Notes: a model not told the origin generated them from the letters alone. DNA of 64,000 bases from an uncultured Methanosarcinales archaeon (GCA_964406185.1 CAYOQS010000002.1:146998-210997); one strand, 5' to 3'; positions 20,889-29,550 are shown, numbered from the stretch's first letter. Numbers and translations are program-made.

Positions 20889-20969
20889 TGATAATCCCGG
20901 ACGAGTTTCAAGCTCTGCTTGAAGTCTTACAGCATTTATGATGCTGAAAGAGTTGCGAGTCGGGATTAT
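20889..20969 (+). repeat. GA-motif hairpin element, copy 2, carrying a ~46-nt two-hairpin insertion in its loop
   Basis: Same arms as copy 1 (GATAATCCCGGACGAG ... GCGAGTCGGGATTATC). The loop holds TTCAAGC-tct-GCTTGAA (20906-20922) and CAGCAT-ttatg-ATGCTG (20929-20945). Confidence 0.6.
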
Positions 20970-21026
20970 CTTTGTATTGAATAAAGGCAGAAAATCGCCA
21001 AATGGTTTCCCAAAAAAGAGGTCATT

Positions 21027-21698
21027 ATGGAAGTACCGCAATACACGCTGCGGCCTGACACTAATGCGATGGTCGCTCCTTGGATACTGAAGCTTCTGCT
21101 GCTGGCGGCTGTCTTCTATGTGGGTATCTACATCAATGTCAAGCTTTTGTGGGATCGGAGCATACCTGCTGCTATCAACATCTTCATCTTTGTCTTTCTT
21201 GCTGTGCTTGTCGCTACGCAGGTCGTGCTGTATCGTGTGCGGTTCGGCAAGTACAAGTACAAGTTTTTCACGAACAGGATCGAGTTTGAGGGCAAGAAAA
21301 GCCAGACTTTCCTTTTCAATGATTTTTCTGAGGCGAAGCTGAAGCAGGGGTTGTTCGACAAGATGTTCAACACAGGGGATATTATCCTCAGCAAGAGCTT
21401 CTCTATCGATCATGTTCCTAATGTGGTTCAGATAAAGAATTATCTTGAGCAGTTGGTGAATTATTATCGTGCTATGCAGCAGAGGTATAGGCTGCAGCAG
21501 CAGCGCATGCAGGCAGGTGTTTCAGCGCAGCAGCCAGGGCAGGCGGGGCAGGCACCGCAGTCTCAGCAGCCTTTGCGGCAGCCTTCTCAGCAGAATTCGC
21601 AGCAGCCTGCTCAGTCTCAGCCTTCGGAGGGAGGGCAGGCTTCAGCTGGGCAGCCAGGCGGTGCTGCGGGTCAGGGTCAGTATGGTCAGGGTGGTTGA
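21027..21698 (+). CDS. membrane protein with bacterial-type PH (bPH_2/YdbT-like) domain and Gln-rich tail
   Basis: Two TM helices followed by FTNRIEFEGKKSQTFLFNDFSEAKLKQGLFDKMFNTGDIILS. C-terminal poly-Q/PGQ region. Confidence 0.6.
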   Translation: MEVPQYTLRPDTNAMVAPWILKLLLLAAVFYVGIYINVKLLWDRSIPAAINIFIFVFLAVLVATQVVLYRVRFGKYKYKFFTNRIEFEGKKSQTFLFNDFSEAKLKQGLFDKMFNTGDIILSKSFSIDHVPNVVQIKNYLEQLVNYYRAMQQRYRLQQQRMQAGVSAQQPGQAGQAPQSQQPLRQPSQQNSQQPAQSQPSEGGQASAGQPGGAAGQGQYGQGG

Positions 21699-22867
21699 TG
21701 ATGGCGAAGAAGAAAGGTTCTCATGATAAGAAAAACAGCAAGTCAGGCAGGAAGTCAGGCAGGAAGTCAGGCAGCAAGTCTGATGAGGGTGGTATAAAGA
21801 AGAAGCATTCAAAGTATCTTTTCTTTCTGTTCTTCCTTGCAGTGCTGGTGATGGCGGTCTACATAGTCAGGCCTTTCCTCACCACTTTGGCGATGAGCGC
21901 GATCCTTGCTTATGTTTTCTACCCTGTGTATAAGTATTTCTACAGGCTTACCGGGATGAAGGGTTTCTCTGCATTGGTGCTGATAGTCATGATCCTTCTG
22001 GTGTCATTGATACCGCTTCTTGTCGTGACTGGTGAGCTGACCAAGGAGTCTTATTCGATGTATTCAAAGGCGAAAAGTGTGTTCCTGACGTCAGGCAATA
22101 TCGAGGAGGCTTGCGCGTCTGATGAGGGTCTTTTTTGCAGCATATACAACACGTGGGATGTGCTTTCCGAGAAGTATGATCTTGATTTCCATCTGGCAAG
22201 GGGGTTCAGCAGTGTGGCGTCTTCTTTTGTGGGTAGGGCGTCTGATTTCATACTGAACATACCGCAGATACTGCTGAAGATATTCATCTCTCTTTTCGCT
22301 ATGTTCTACATGCTGACGCAGGGTGAGGACATGGTGCGTTCTGTGAGGCGTGCTCTTCCCCTGAGCGAGGAGCATAGCAAGAGGATACTGAACCATTTCA
22401 ATGATATAATCCATGCTACGATATATGGTGCCATCGTCATTTCTGTCGTTCAGGGTTCTGTGGCGGGTGTTGGGTATTTAATATTCGGTGTGGACTCTCC
22501 CATACTTCTCGCCCTCCTTACGATCGTGGCTGCTTTCCTGCCTTTTGTTGGCGGAGCGCTTGTCTGGGTGCCTGTGTCTTTGACTGTCATAATAAACGGT
22601 GCTATAGCTGATGACCAGACGATGCTGCTGAAGGGTGTGGGTCTTTTCATCTATGGCGCTCTGCTGGTATCTACCCTGGACAATCTTCTGAGGCCGAAGA
22701 TCGTGGGTGACAGGGCGAAGGTGCATCCTTTGGTCATCCTGTTGGGCGTTTTTGGCGGGCTTGCGCTGTTCGGCTTCACAGGCATAATGATAGGGCCTCT
22801 TCTCTTGACTCTTTTCATAGCTTCTTTGAGGATCTATGAGGAGGAGAAGGAGAACATAATGCAGTGA
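21695..22867 (+). CDS. AI-2E family (PerM/UPF0118) transporter
   Basis: 390 aa with multiple TM helices and a family-typical C-terminal half (LLRPKIVGDRAKVHPLVILLGVFGGLALFG). The start overlaps the upstream stop. Confidence 0.75.
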   Translation: MMMAKKKGSHDKKNSKSGRKSGRKSGSKSDEGGIKKKHSKYLFFLFFLAVLVMAVYIVRPFLTTLAMSAILAYVFYPVYKYFYRLTGMKGFSALVLIVMILLVSLIPLLVVTGELTKESYSMYSKAKSVFLTSGNIEEACASDEGLFCSIYNTWDVLSEKYDLDFHLARGFSSVASSFVGRASDFILNIPQILLKIFISLFAMFYMLTQGEDMVRSVRRALPLSEEHSKRILNHFNDIIHATIYGAIVISVVQGSVAGVGYLIFGVDSPILLALLTIVAAFLPFVGGALVWVPVSLTVIINGAIADDQTMLLKGVGLFIYGALLVSTLDNLLRPKIVGDRAKVHPLVILLGVFGGLALFGFTGIMIGPLLLTLFIASLRIYEEEKENIMQ

Positions 22868-22928
22868 TGTGATTGGTGGTACCGGTAGGGGTATCATCTG
22901 TGGCAGTATTGTTTGTTTTGGTGGTGTG

Positions 22929-24431
22929 ATGATGAAGTTCAAGGTAACTGATGTGGATATTGCGACAGGCGGAACTTTTGTCGCGATCCTGAACCATAAG
23001 GACGCTACGATGCTGGACCTTAACACAGGTGACAGGCTCCAGCTTTCCAGGGGGAATAGGTCGACCATAGCTGTGCTGGACATCGCCGCTTCTTCAAAGC
23101 TGGTGAAGCCGGGCAGGATAGGCCTGATGGAGGAGGTCCTTGCGAAGCTTGGCGCCAGGCAGGGCAGCGTTGTGAATGTCCGTCTGGCTGAGAAGCCGAA
23201 GTCGATAGCTCTTATCAAGAAGAAGCTGGACGGCAAGAGGTTGGGTGAGGATGAGATGAAGACCATCATCGATGATATAGTCTCGAACAGTCTCACCAGC
23301 GTCGAGATAACTTATTTTGTGGCTGCGGGCTACACGCATGGTATAGACATGGATGAGACCGTGGGTTTGACCCGGGCGATGATCAATACGGGTGATGTGC
23401 TGGAGTTCGACTCGCGTCCTGTCGTGGACAAGCATTGCATCGGTGGTGTTTCCGGGAACCGCACCACCATGGTGGTCGTTCCGATCCTGATCGCTGCTGG
23501 TTATTGCGTGCCTAAGACCTCTTCCCGTTCTATAACGAGCCCTGCGGGCACTGCTGATACCATGGAGGTGCTTGCTGACGTGGATCTTGACATACACCGC
23601 ATCAGGGATGTCGTGTCCAAGGTGGGGGGGTGTATGGTGTGGGGCGGCGCTGTGAACCTTGCCCCTGCTGATGATAAGATAATAACTGTTGAGCACCCGC
23701 TAAGCGTGGATGCTGAGGGTCAGCTTCTCGCGAGCATCCTTGCCAAGAAGGGGAGCGTGTCAGCCACGCATATACTTGTGGATATCCCTGTGGGGCGCGG
23801 CGCGAAAGTGACCCATATGAGGAAGGCGAAGCGGTTGAAGAAGCTGTTTATCAGCATAGGCAGGAAGCTTGGCATGAAGGTCAGGGTCATAATCACTGAC
23901 GGCAGCGAGCCTATAGGGAACGGCATCGGTCCTGCGCTTGAGGCGCGTGATGTGCTTTGGGTCCTGACCGGCGACTTCCGTGCTCCGAAGGACCTTCGTA
24001 GGAAGTCTTTGCTTATGGCTGCTGAGATCATGAAGTCGTATCCTCTGAAGGGCTGGAAGGCGAAGCACGGTTACCATTATGCCAAGCAGCTGCTCGATTC
24101 GGGCAGGGCGTGGGAGGCCATGCATTCTGTCATAAAGGCGCAGGGTGCGAAGATCATCGATCCTAAGAGGATCAGGCTAGGTAAGCGGAAATTTGATTAT
24201 AAGGCTGTCAAGGGCGGCACTGTGACGCATATCGATAATGTTTCCGTCTCGAGGATAGCGAAGGTGGCTGGTGCTCCTTTTGACAAGGGTGCTGGTATCT
24301 ACCTGCACCATCACGTCGGTGATAAGGTTAAGGAAGGCGATAAGCTGTTCACGATATATGCTGAGAACAAGACCAAGATGCAGTACGCGAAGGATTACCT
24401 TAAGCAGTATGACGGCGTGGAGATCAAGTAG
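22929..24431 (+). CDS. deoA: AMP phosphorylase / thymidine phosphorylase family protein
   Basis: N-terminal archaeal-type extension MMKFKVTDVDIATGG...LNTGDRL followed by a glycosyl-transferase family 3 core (KHCIGGVSGNRTT, TSPAGTADTME). Start moved to M21 of the ORF. Confidence 0.8.
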   Translation: MMKFKVTDVDIATGGTFVAILNHKDATMLDLNTGDRLQLSRGNRSTIAVLDIAASSKLVKPGRIGLMEEVLAKLGARQGSVVNVRLAEKPKSIALIKKKLDGKRLGEDEMKTIIDDIVSNSLTSVEITYFVAAGYTHGIDMDETVGLTRAMINTGDVLEFDSRPVVDKHCIGGVSGNRTTMVVVPILIAAGYCVPKTSSRSITSPAGTADTMEVLADVDLDIHRIRDVVSKVGGCMVWGGAVNLAPADDKIITVEHPLSVDAEGQLLASILAKKGSVSATHILVDIPVGRGAKVTHMRKAKRLKKLFISIGRKLGMKVRVIITDGSEPIGNGIGPALEARDVLWVLTGDFRAPKDLRRKSLLMAAEIMKSYPLKGWKAKHGYHYAKQLLDSGRAWEAMHSVIKAQGAKIIDPKRIRLGKRKFDYKAVKGGTVTHIDNVSVSRIAKVAGAPFDKGAGIYLHHHVGDKVKEGDKLFTIYAENKTKMQYAKDYLKQYDGVEIK

Positions 24432-24471
24432 TTACGATTCTGTTTTATTTTTTCCTGCCCACACAGTTAAC

Positions 24472-24479
24472 TTTATAAA
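24472..24479 (+). promoter_or_regulatory. TATA box (TTTATAAA)
   Basis: 45 nt upstream of the ATG at 24525. SD GGAGGAC at 24513-24519. Confidence 0.45.
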
Positions 24480-24524
24480 CCACCTTCTTTCCCGTCAGCA
24501 CCATCAAGGTGTTGGAGGACTTTC

Positions 24525-24926
24525 ATGATGGAGGATATTGACGAATACCCCGAGGACCTGAAGAAGTGCCTGGAGTGCGGTGCTGAGTGCTGCAAGAGCG
24601 TGGCGATCGAGCTGCCTGATCCTGAGGATGCGGATGATTACATGGATTTCAAGTGGTATCTTTACCATGGCTTTACCGTGTTCCAGGACAAGGATGGTGA
24701 CTGGCATGTGGACATTCCTCATCGCTGCCACAACTTGCTTGCAGACGACCGGTGCGCTGTGTACAAGGACCGCCCGCCTGTGTGCAGGGACTTTGAGGTT
24801 CGCAACTGCGACAGCGATGACGAGACGGACAATCTTGTCGATCTTGAGAAGCCTGAGGACGTTGACAAGCTGATGGACAGGCTGCGCGCAGAAGGCAGGC
24901 TGAAGCCTGGCAAGTTCTTCAAGTGA
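24525..24926 (+). CDS. YkgJ-family Cys-cluster (zinc/iron-chelating) protein
   Basis: CLECGAECCKSV plus downstream CxxxxxxPxxC pattern (CAVYKDRPPVCRDF). Confidence 0.7.
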   Translation: MMEDIDEYPEDLKKCLECGAECCKSVAIELPDPEDADDYMDFKWYLYHGFTVFQDKDGDWHVDIPHRCHNLLADDRCAVYKDRPPVCRDFEVRNCDSDDETDNLVDLEKPEDVDKLMDRLRAEGRLKPGKFFK

Positions 24927-25111
24927 TTTTTTGTTTTGTTCTATCTTTGTTTTGTTCTATCTTTGTTTTGTTTTACCTTCTTTTTTTCTGAATATCAGAA
25001 TCTTCTCCATAACTTTTTTAAACCCCTGTTTCTTTTTTCCAGGGTATTGGTGGTTGTAAGAGGCATGTCCAGTGATGACATGGACTGCGTCAAAAAGAGG
25101 ATTGAGCAGCT

Positions 25112-26875
25112 TTGCTGGGGAACATAACTTTAGTGCAGCCTTTGGAGAGATTGTATAATTCTGCTTTCCAGAAGGGTTGGGAGAAGACATTAGACCGTAT
25201 CAGGCTGACCTCTCCTGGCGACCTTGAGGAGATGGACGCTCATATAAGGAAGCTGGAGCGTCTTTATGAGATGTCGGGCATAAGGAAGCTCAGTACGTCT
25301 CTTGGCACTTATCCTGATGAGTACGCGAACCGTATCAGGAGGTTAAGGGGTGACCTTTGTGAGACTATCGGGAGGAAGTTCCGGAACGTGCAGCGCCAGG
25401 TGGTCGACACTCTTGGCGATCCTGACAGTCTGGAGGATTATGAGAAGGACAGGAAGCGTTTTGATGAGGCCCTCGCCCTTTTCCGTATGCTGCGAGCTTT
25501 CTATAAGCGGTGGAAGCTGTATGCTGACAGTTACAGGTATGCTGGTGAGCGTTTTGACTTCACTTACGCCCTGAAGGAGATGGCTCACAGGCTTGCGCGG
25601 AAGCGGACCGTTCTGATGAAGGAGCATTCTTCGATGAAGGGCGCTGTGGATTACAGGGCGAAGCTTGAGGTGCTTGAGGAGATTTCAGGTGAGGTGTCGA
25701 AGCTTTTTGACTGGTATCAGGGAAATTACCTGAACATGGACGGCTGGAACCCTTCTTGGATAGGTGTTGATGACCAGGAGATTGACAGGGGGGGTACTAT
25801 GTGGATGCCTGTGCGTTTCCTGGATGAGGATCCTGACATCGCTCCGCTTGAGAGGTTCAGGAACGTGCCGTCGGAGGCTGAGCTCGATGATGTGCAGAAG
25901 CTTTTCGGCCGTTTCGTGGATTTTTACCGCCGCCATGAGCTTGTGGACCTGAGCGAGTTGGGCGTGCTGTCTGACTATGTGAAGTTCAGGGATTATGCTG
26001 CCAACTTCTCATTGTACTCGGAGGATGCTGATGAACGCCTTAAGGCTGGGTTGATGGAGCACATGCTGCGCCTGCACCAGGTAGTTCGTGACGCGCGTGA
26101 GCGCGCGAATCTCAAGCAGCATACTGAGATGATGTTAGGGAACAGTTTCGGGATGTACTTCGCGCCTGTTGATGAGGTATATGATATTTTGAAGAAGGGA
26201 TACATCTCTTCTGAGGATTCTATCCATCACAGGATTTCAGGCAGGCATCATGATCAGCTGATCTTTGACGTGGATGCTGACATCAAGGACGGCGATATCG
26301 GTTTCATATTCCCTCTTACGAAGCTTCTTGACGGCCATAGGTTCTACCAGGTATCTTACAACCCGTTGGTGAAGGAGGGGCTTTCTGAGTCCAACACCAA
26401 TCTTCATCTTTTCGCCGGCCATCCGGGCAAGCCTGTGAAGATCGACATCCGTCTTGGGATCTTTGTGGCTCCGAGGGATAAGATCGTGAGGTATGAGGTG
26501 GATGGCCGTACTGTGCGGGAGACTTCTGAGCAGTATTTCAAACGTTTTTTTGCTTCGCTCGCGAACGTGTGCACTGACTGGTTTGACTGTTCCCGCCTGC
26601 ACAACTGGCTGAGCAGGCATTGCATCTTCTATGACAGCGGCACGCGCGAGGAGCTTCTGAACATGCTGCGGAACAAGAGGTTCGTGTCGATAATCAACAG
26701 GTTCACCAACCTGAAGTATGACAATCTTGCGTTGTCGCAGGTTCCGGGCACACTGAAGGCAAGCGATTATTACGTGACGCATAAGTTCGAGCGCATACCT
26801 GAGGACAAGAAGGAGATTCTCAGTTCCGACACATTCAACCTCACATTGTTCGAGTGGCAACGCAACGGGGATTGA
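25112..26875 (+). CDS. hypothetical protein (587 aa), start uncertain
   Basis: Long ORF with gene-like composition. It begins at TTG; the first ATG is at 25232. No family recognised. Confidence 0.6.
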   Translation: MLGNITLVQPLERLYNSAFQKGWEKTLDRIRLTSPGDLEEMDAHIRKLERLYEMSGIRKLSTSLGTYPDEYANRIRRLRGDLCETIGRKFRNVQRQVVDTLGDPDSLEDYEKDRKRFDEALALFRMLRAFYKRWKLYADSYRYAGERFDFTYALKEMAHRLARKRTVLMKEHSSMKGAVDYRAKLEVLEEISGEVSKLFDWYQGNYLNMDGWNPSWIGVDDQEIDRGGTMWMPVRFLDEDPDIAPLERFRNVPSEAELDDVQKLFGRFVDFYRRHELVDLSELGVLSDYVKFRDYAANFSLYSEDADERLKAGLMEHMLRLHQVVRDARERANLKQHTEMMLGNSFGMYFAPVDEVYDILKKGYISSEDSIHHRISGRHHDQLIFDVDADIKDGDIGFIFPLTKLLDGHRFYQVSYNPLVKEGLSESNTNLHLFAGHPGKPVKIDIRLGIFVAPRDKIVRYEVDGRTVRETSEQYFKRFFASLANVCTDWFDCSRLHNWLSRHCIFYDSGTREELLNMLRNKRFVSIINRFTNLKYDNLALSQVPGTLKASDYYVTHKFERIPEDKKEILSSDTFNLTLFEWQRNGD

Positions 26876-26900
26876 CTTCTGCGATCCCTGTTCTGCCAGG

Positions 26901-27499
26901 GTGGCAGCTGCCACCGTTCTTCGCGTGTCCTTAGGAGTCACATGTGGAATGAGCTGCACTTTACCAACAAACAATAGGTATTGCGCAAGCGAAGCAAGCA
27001 ACATCATAAGGCACATTAGATCGCAGCCAACATAATCTATAGCAACGTGGCAGCTGCCACCGCTTCTTACGTTGCTGCAGCCGCCGCTTGTTGCGCGTCC
27101 TAAGACAGCTCGGCGGGAATTGGCTGCACTTCCACCATCAGCTTTAGTCATTGCGCAAGCTTGCAAGCACGGTGAGGATGAAACATTAGTCAGCACGCCC
27201 ACAGAAGTCTAGCAGCGCGGCTGCAGCGTTCTGTATCCGCCCTCGTGGCAGCTGCCACCGCTTCTTACGTTGCTGCAGCCGCCGCTTATTGCGCGTCCTA
27301 AGACAGCTCGGCGGGAATTGGCTGCACTTCCACCATCAGCTTTAGTCATTGCGCAAGCTTGCAAGCACGGTGAGGATGAAACATTAGTCAGCACGCCCAC
27401 AGAAGTCTAGCAGCGCGGCTGCAGCGTTCTGTATCCGCCCTCGTGGCAGCTGCCACCGCTTCTTACGTTGCTGCAGCCGCCGCTTATTGCGCGTCCTAA
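26901..27499. repeat. tandem repeat: one diverged 146-bp unit, two 198-bp units, and a 57-bp partial unit
   Basis: GTGGCAGCTGCCACCG recurs at 26901, 27047, 27245 and 27443. Units 27047-27244 and 27245-27442 differ at one base. Confidence 0.95.
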
Positions 27500-27648
27500 G
27501 AACATATCATCTTATTCAACACAACACTGTCATCTCTCAAAACTTCCCATCACTCACTGGACATTCTAATCACGCCACTACAGCGCCTGAGCAGCAGGGA
27601 TTCTGACTTTCCAGCCTTTCACTGGACACAGGACAACCTGTAATGAGC

Positions 27649-27656
27649 TATATAAA
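27649..27656 (+). promoter_or_regulatory. TATA box (TATATAAA) in a non-coding region
   Basis: Canonical box followed by ACC, with no ORF downstream. It may drive a small RNA (see findings). Confidence 0.35.
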
Positions 27657-27918
27657 CCAGGCCAGACATATTATACTATGAAACCACGAAGTCAGGGGCT
27701 AAGGCCGCAGCGACAAAGCCTCTTCCAGCATCAGAGATGCTGCAAGCTTTCAAGCCACTACGTGTCTTGAAATGCTTCCGCTTGACTTCGTCAAGCTTCG
27801 GGGCACCACGCACGCCAGATTCATGATGTATCATTTTTGCCGAAGGCTGCAAATATTGATTGATCATGGATAAGACTGATGGCGTGCTGAATATGTGCCT
27901 CAGGCTTTTACGCTGCTT

Positions 27919-27955
27919 ATTAACGCAGACGGGGCTTTAGCCCGTCAGCGTTAAT
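27919..27955. repeat. symmetric hairpin (8 bp, A.A mismatch, 6 bp, 7-nt loop)
   Basis: ATTAACGC-A-GACGGG-gctttag-CCCGTC-A-GCGTTAAT. Confidence 0.7.
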
Positions 27956-27957
27956 CC

Positions 27958-28049
27958 CAAAGAATTTGTCAATCAATTTGCAAGCCCGTAATACCCCTGC
28001 CTTTAGGTCGGGGATAGGGCTTGCCTGTAGATTATTGACAAATTCTTTG
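27958..28049. repeat. 92-nt long inverted repeat / extended hairpin
   Basis: Perfect 16-bp outer arms CAAAGAATTTGTCAAT/ATTGACAAATTCTTTG. Inner 8-bp GCAAGCCC/GGGCTTGC. Apical CCCC/GGGG. Confidence 0.75.
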
Positions 28050-28097
28050 TTATCTTTACTGTAGCAGTTTTGCTATTGGTTAAACAAGGTGAATATC

Positions 28098-28568
28098 ATG
28101 CCATCATTGAAGATATCCAAAGACACACCCATCTCCGAGATAACTCTCCGTCGTTATGAGAAACCTTACGATCTGGACAAGCGAGAGCTCGTCCGCAAGC
28201 TCTGCCTTTCTTCAGGTCTTCTGCAGCCAGGTGATTCAAGGGATATCATCGTTGACATCCTTCATGTGCTTTTGGAGTCGAAGAGGGAGAACAGGCTGAT
28301 GAGTTCTGAAGATGTGCGTGACGCGGTCATCGACCTTCGCAAGGAGACAGGCCTTCCTCTTGTGGGTGTCGCCTCTTCGAACATCCGGAGGCAGATAAAG
28401 CGTCTGCGTGACATATTCCTTGTGGAAAAGGTGCGGAACAACTACCGCATCACAGAGTTCGACAACCTCAGCGCGATCTTCAACGAGAAGATTGAGCAGT
28501 ACCTCCTGTCTTCCATGCTGGACCGCGTCAGGGACTACTGCAAAAAGGTCGACGAGGAGTTTTCGTAG
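28098..28568 (+). CDS. hypothetical protein, possible winged-helix regulator
   Basis: ORF with SD AAGGTGA 7 nt before the ATG at 28098. Helical sequence with an HTH-like SSNIRRQIKRLRDIFLVEKV. Family not recognised. Confidence 0.5.
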   Translation: MPSLKISKDTPISEITLRRYEKPYDLDKRELVRKLCLSSGLLQPGDSRDIIVDILHVLLESKRENRLMSSEDVRDAVIDLRKETGLPLVGVASSNIRRQIKRLRDIFLVEKVRNNYRITEFDNLSAIFNEKIEQYLLSSMLDRVRDYCKKVDEEFS

Positions 28569-28569
28569 A

Positions 28570-29214
28570 TCATCTAAGCCGTTTCGGTCTTCTGTTGCGT
28601 CGTATGATGCCTCGTGTTCGTGATCTTCTCTGTTCCTGAAGATATCTTATGTGGTCCTCGAATTCATCGTCAGGTATCTTTTCTCTCGCGACTTCATTGG
28701 TTATCTCGTGTATCCTGTCGCCTATCAGGGTCTCGAATCCTTCGAGCTGGTACCATTGCTTCCTTATCGCACTTTCGAACATGTCTTCAGTGCATCTTAT
28801 ATCTATATCCTGTTCCTGGTATATCTTTATCATGCCTTCTGTGACCTCTTCGAGTGTCGTGCCTCTGATCTGCGTGAACTCTCTTTCTTTAAGGTGGATC
28901 ATCACGTACTCTTCCTCATCACGCCAGGAGACTTTCATGAAACCTCCTGTGGCGTTCCTTCCGTAATACACCAGCAGGGGTATCTTCATGGTCTCTCTTG
29001 TGTAAAGCTCATCAAATAGCAGCCCCGTGGTCCCTCTGCTCGAGAGAAATTTCCCGGATGTGTTCCTCTCGAAATCAGCATAGAACTCTGTTATTCTCGT
29101 ATGTAGAAGTGCGAGGTCTCCCTGTCGATAAGGGAATGTTTGACGCTCGTCACCGACTATGCACTCTCTCTGCGCGCCGGTCACGACAACATATTTCTTT
29201 TTATGATCTTGCAT
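28570..29214 (-). CDS. hypothetical protein with Arg-rich C-terminal tail
   Basis: Start moved to MQDHKKKY, preceded by GGAGGGG. Convergent with the previous gene, with a 1-nt gap. Confidence 0.55.
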   Translation of the reverse strand: MQDHKKKYVVVTGAQRECIVGDERQTFPYRQGDLALLHTRITEFYADFERNTSGKFLSSRGTTGLLFDELYTRETMKIPLLVYYGRNATGGFMKVSWRDEEEYVMIHLKEREFTQIRGTTLEEVTEGMIKIYQEQDIDIRCTEDMFESAIRKQWYQLEGFETLIGDRIHEITNEVAREKIPDDEFEDHIRYLQEQRRSRTRGIIRRNRRPKRLR

Positions 29215-29361
29215 GCTTCCCCTCCAACTCTTTGAATCAAGATTCCCAAGTCGTGGGGAATACCAAAAGAACCCGCCTAGAATACTGTGTTGTATCTTGT
29301 ATAAAATCATTTCGCTTCTTTCTTATCCTGTTTGGGTTATCATGTTCGGCCTATCAAAAAC

Positions 29362-29369
29362 TTTAAATA
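29362..29369 (+). promoter_or_regulatory. BRE/TATA (AAAAC TTTAAATA)
   Basis: 25 nt upstream of the ATG at 29395. Confidence 0.4.
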
Positions 29370-29394
29370 CCACCTTTCCTTTTCCGGAAAGAAC

Positions 29395-29550
29395 ATGGGA
29401 GAGGCAAGGCATACTATTCTGGTGAAGTCTGCGCAGATGCAGAGGATGAACTCTTATTTCCAGCACGATACGCTGATGGACACGATCAACATCAATCATT
29501 TTTCTGGTTCGGTTTCAGGAGATTATCATTTTAATCTTTTAGAGCAGTGA
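29395..29550 (+). CDS. possible leaderless small ORF (51 aa)
   Basis: The ATG sits at the leaderless spacing from a canonical TATA. No homology recognised. Confidence 0.3.
   Translation: MGEARHTILVKSAQMQRMNSYFQHDTLMDTININHFSGSVSGDYHFNLLEQ

Noticed and set aside
20880-21413. A 177-aa minus-strand ORF.
   Set aside because: It overlaps the bPH-domain membrane-protein gene on the plus strand, which has a recognisable domain. Its 3' part also covers the GA-hairpin elements.
27209-27400. A 63-codon Cys-rich minus-strand ORF present once per repeat unit (a possible tandem peptide-precursor array).
   Set aside because: It has a GTG start with no SD or TATA. The reading frame is just the open antisense-type frame interrupted by one TAG per unit. 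TAG is used as a normal stop by real genes here (for example at 20119, 24431 and 28568). It remains possible but is unsupported.
26901-27442. Diverged unit versus 198-bp units considered as a DGR template/variable repeat pair.
   Set aside because: The differences are not confined to adenine positions (many T/C, G/A and T/A changes plus indels). No reverse transcriptase is in the window.
26901-27499. Tandem repeat considered as a CRISPR array.
   Set aside because: The units are contiguous 198-bp copies with no unique spacers. The repeat is far longer than CRISPR repeats, and no cas genes are nearby.
27822-27890. ATGATGT ... CTGA spacing suggestive of a C/D-box sRNA.
   Set aside because: The C box is imperfect (UGAUGU). 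No convincing C'/D' pair or terminal stem was found.
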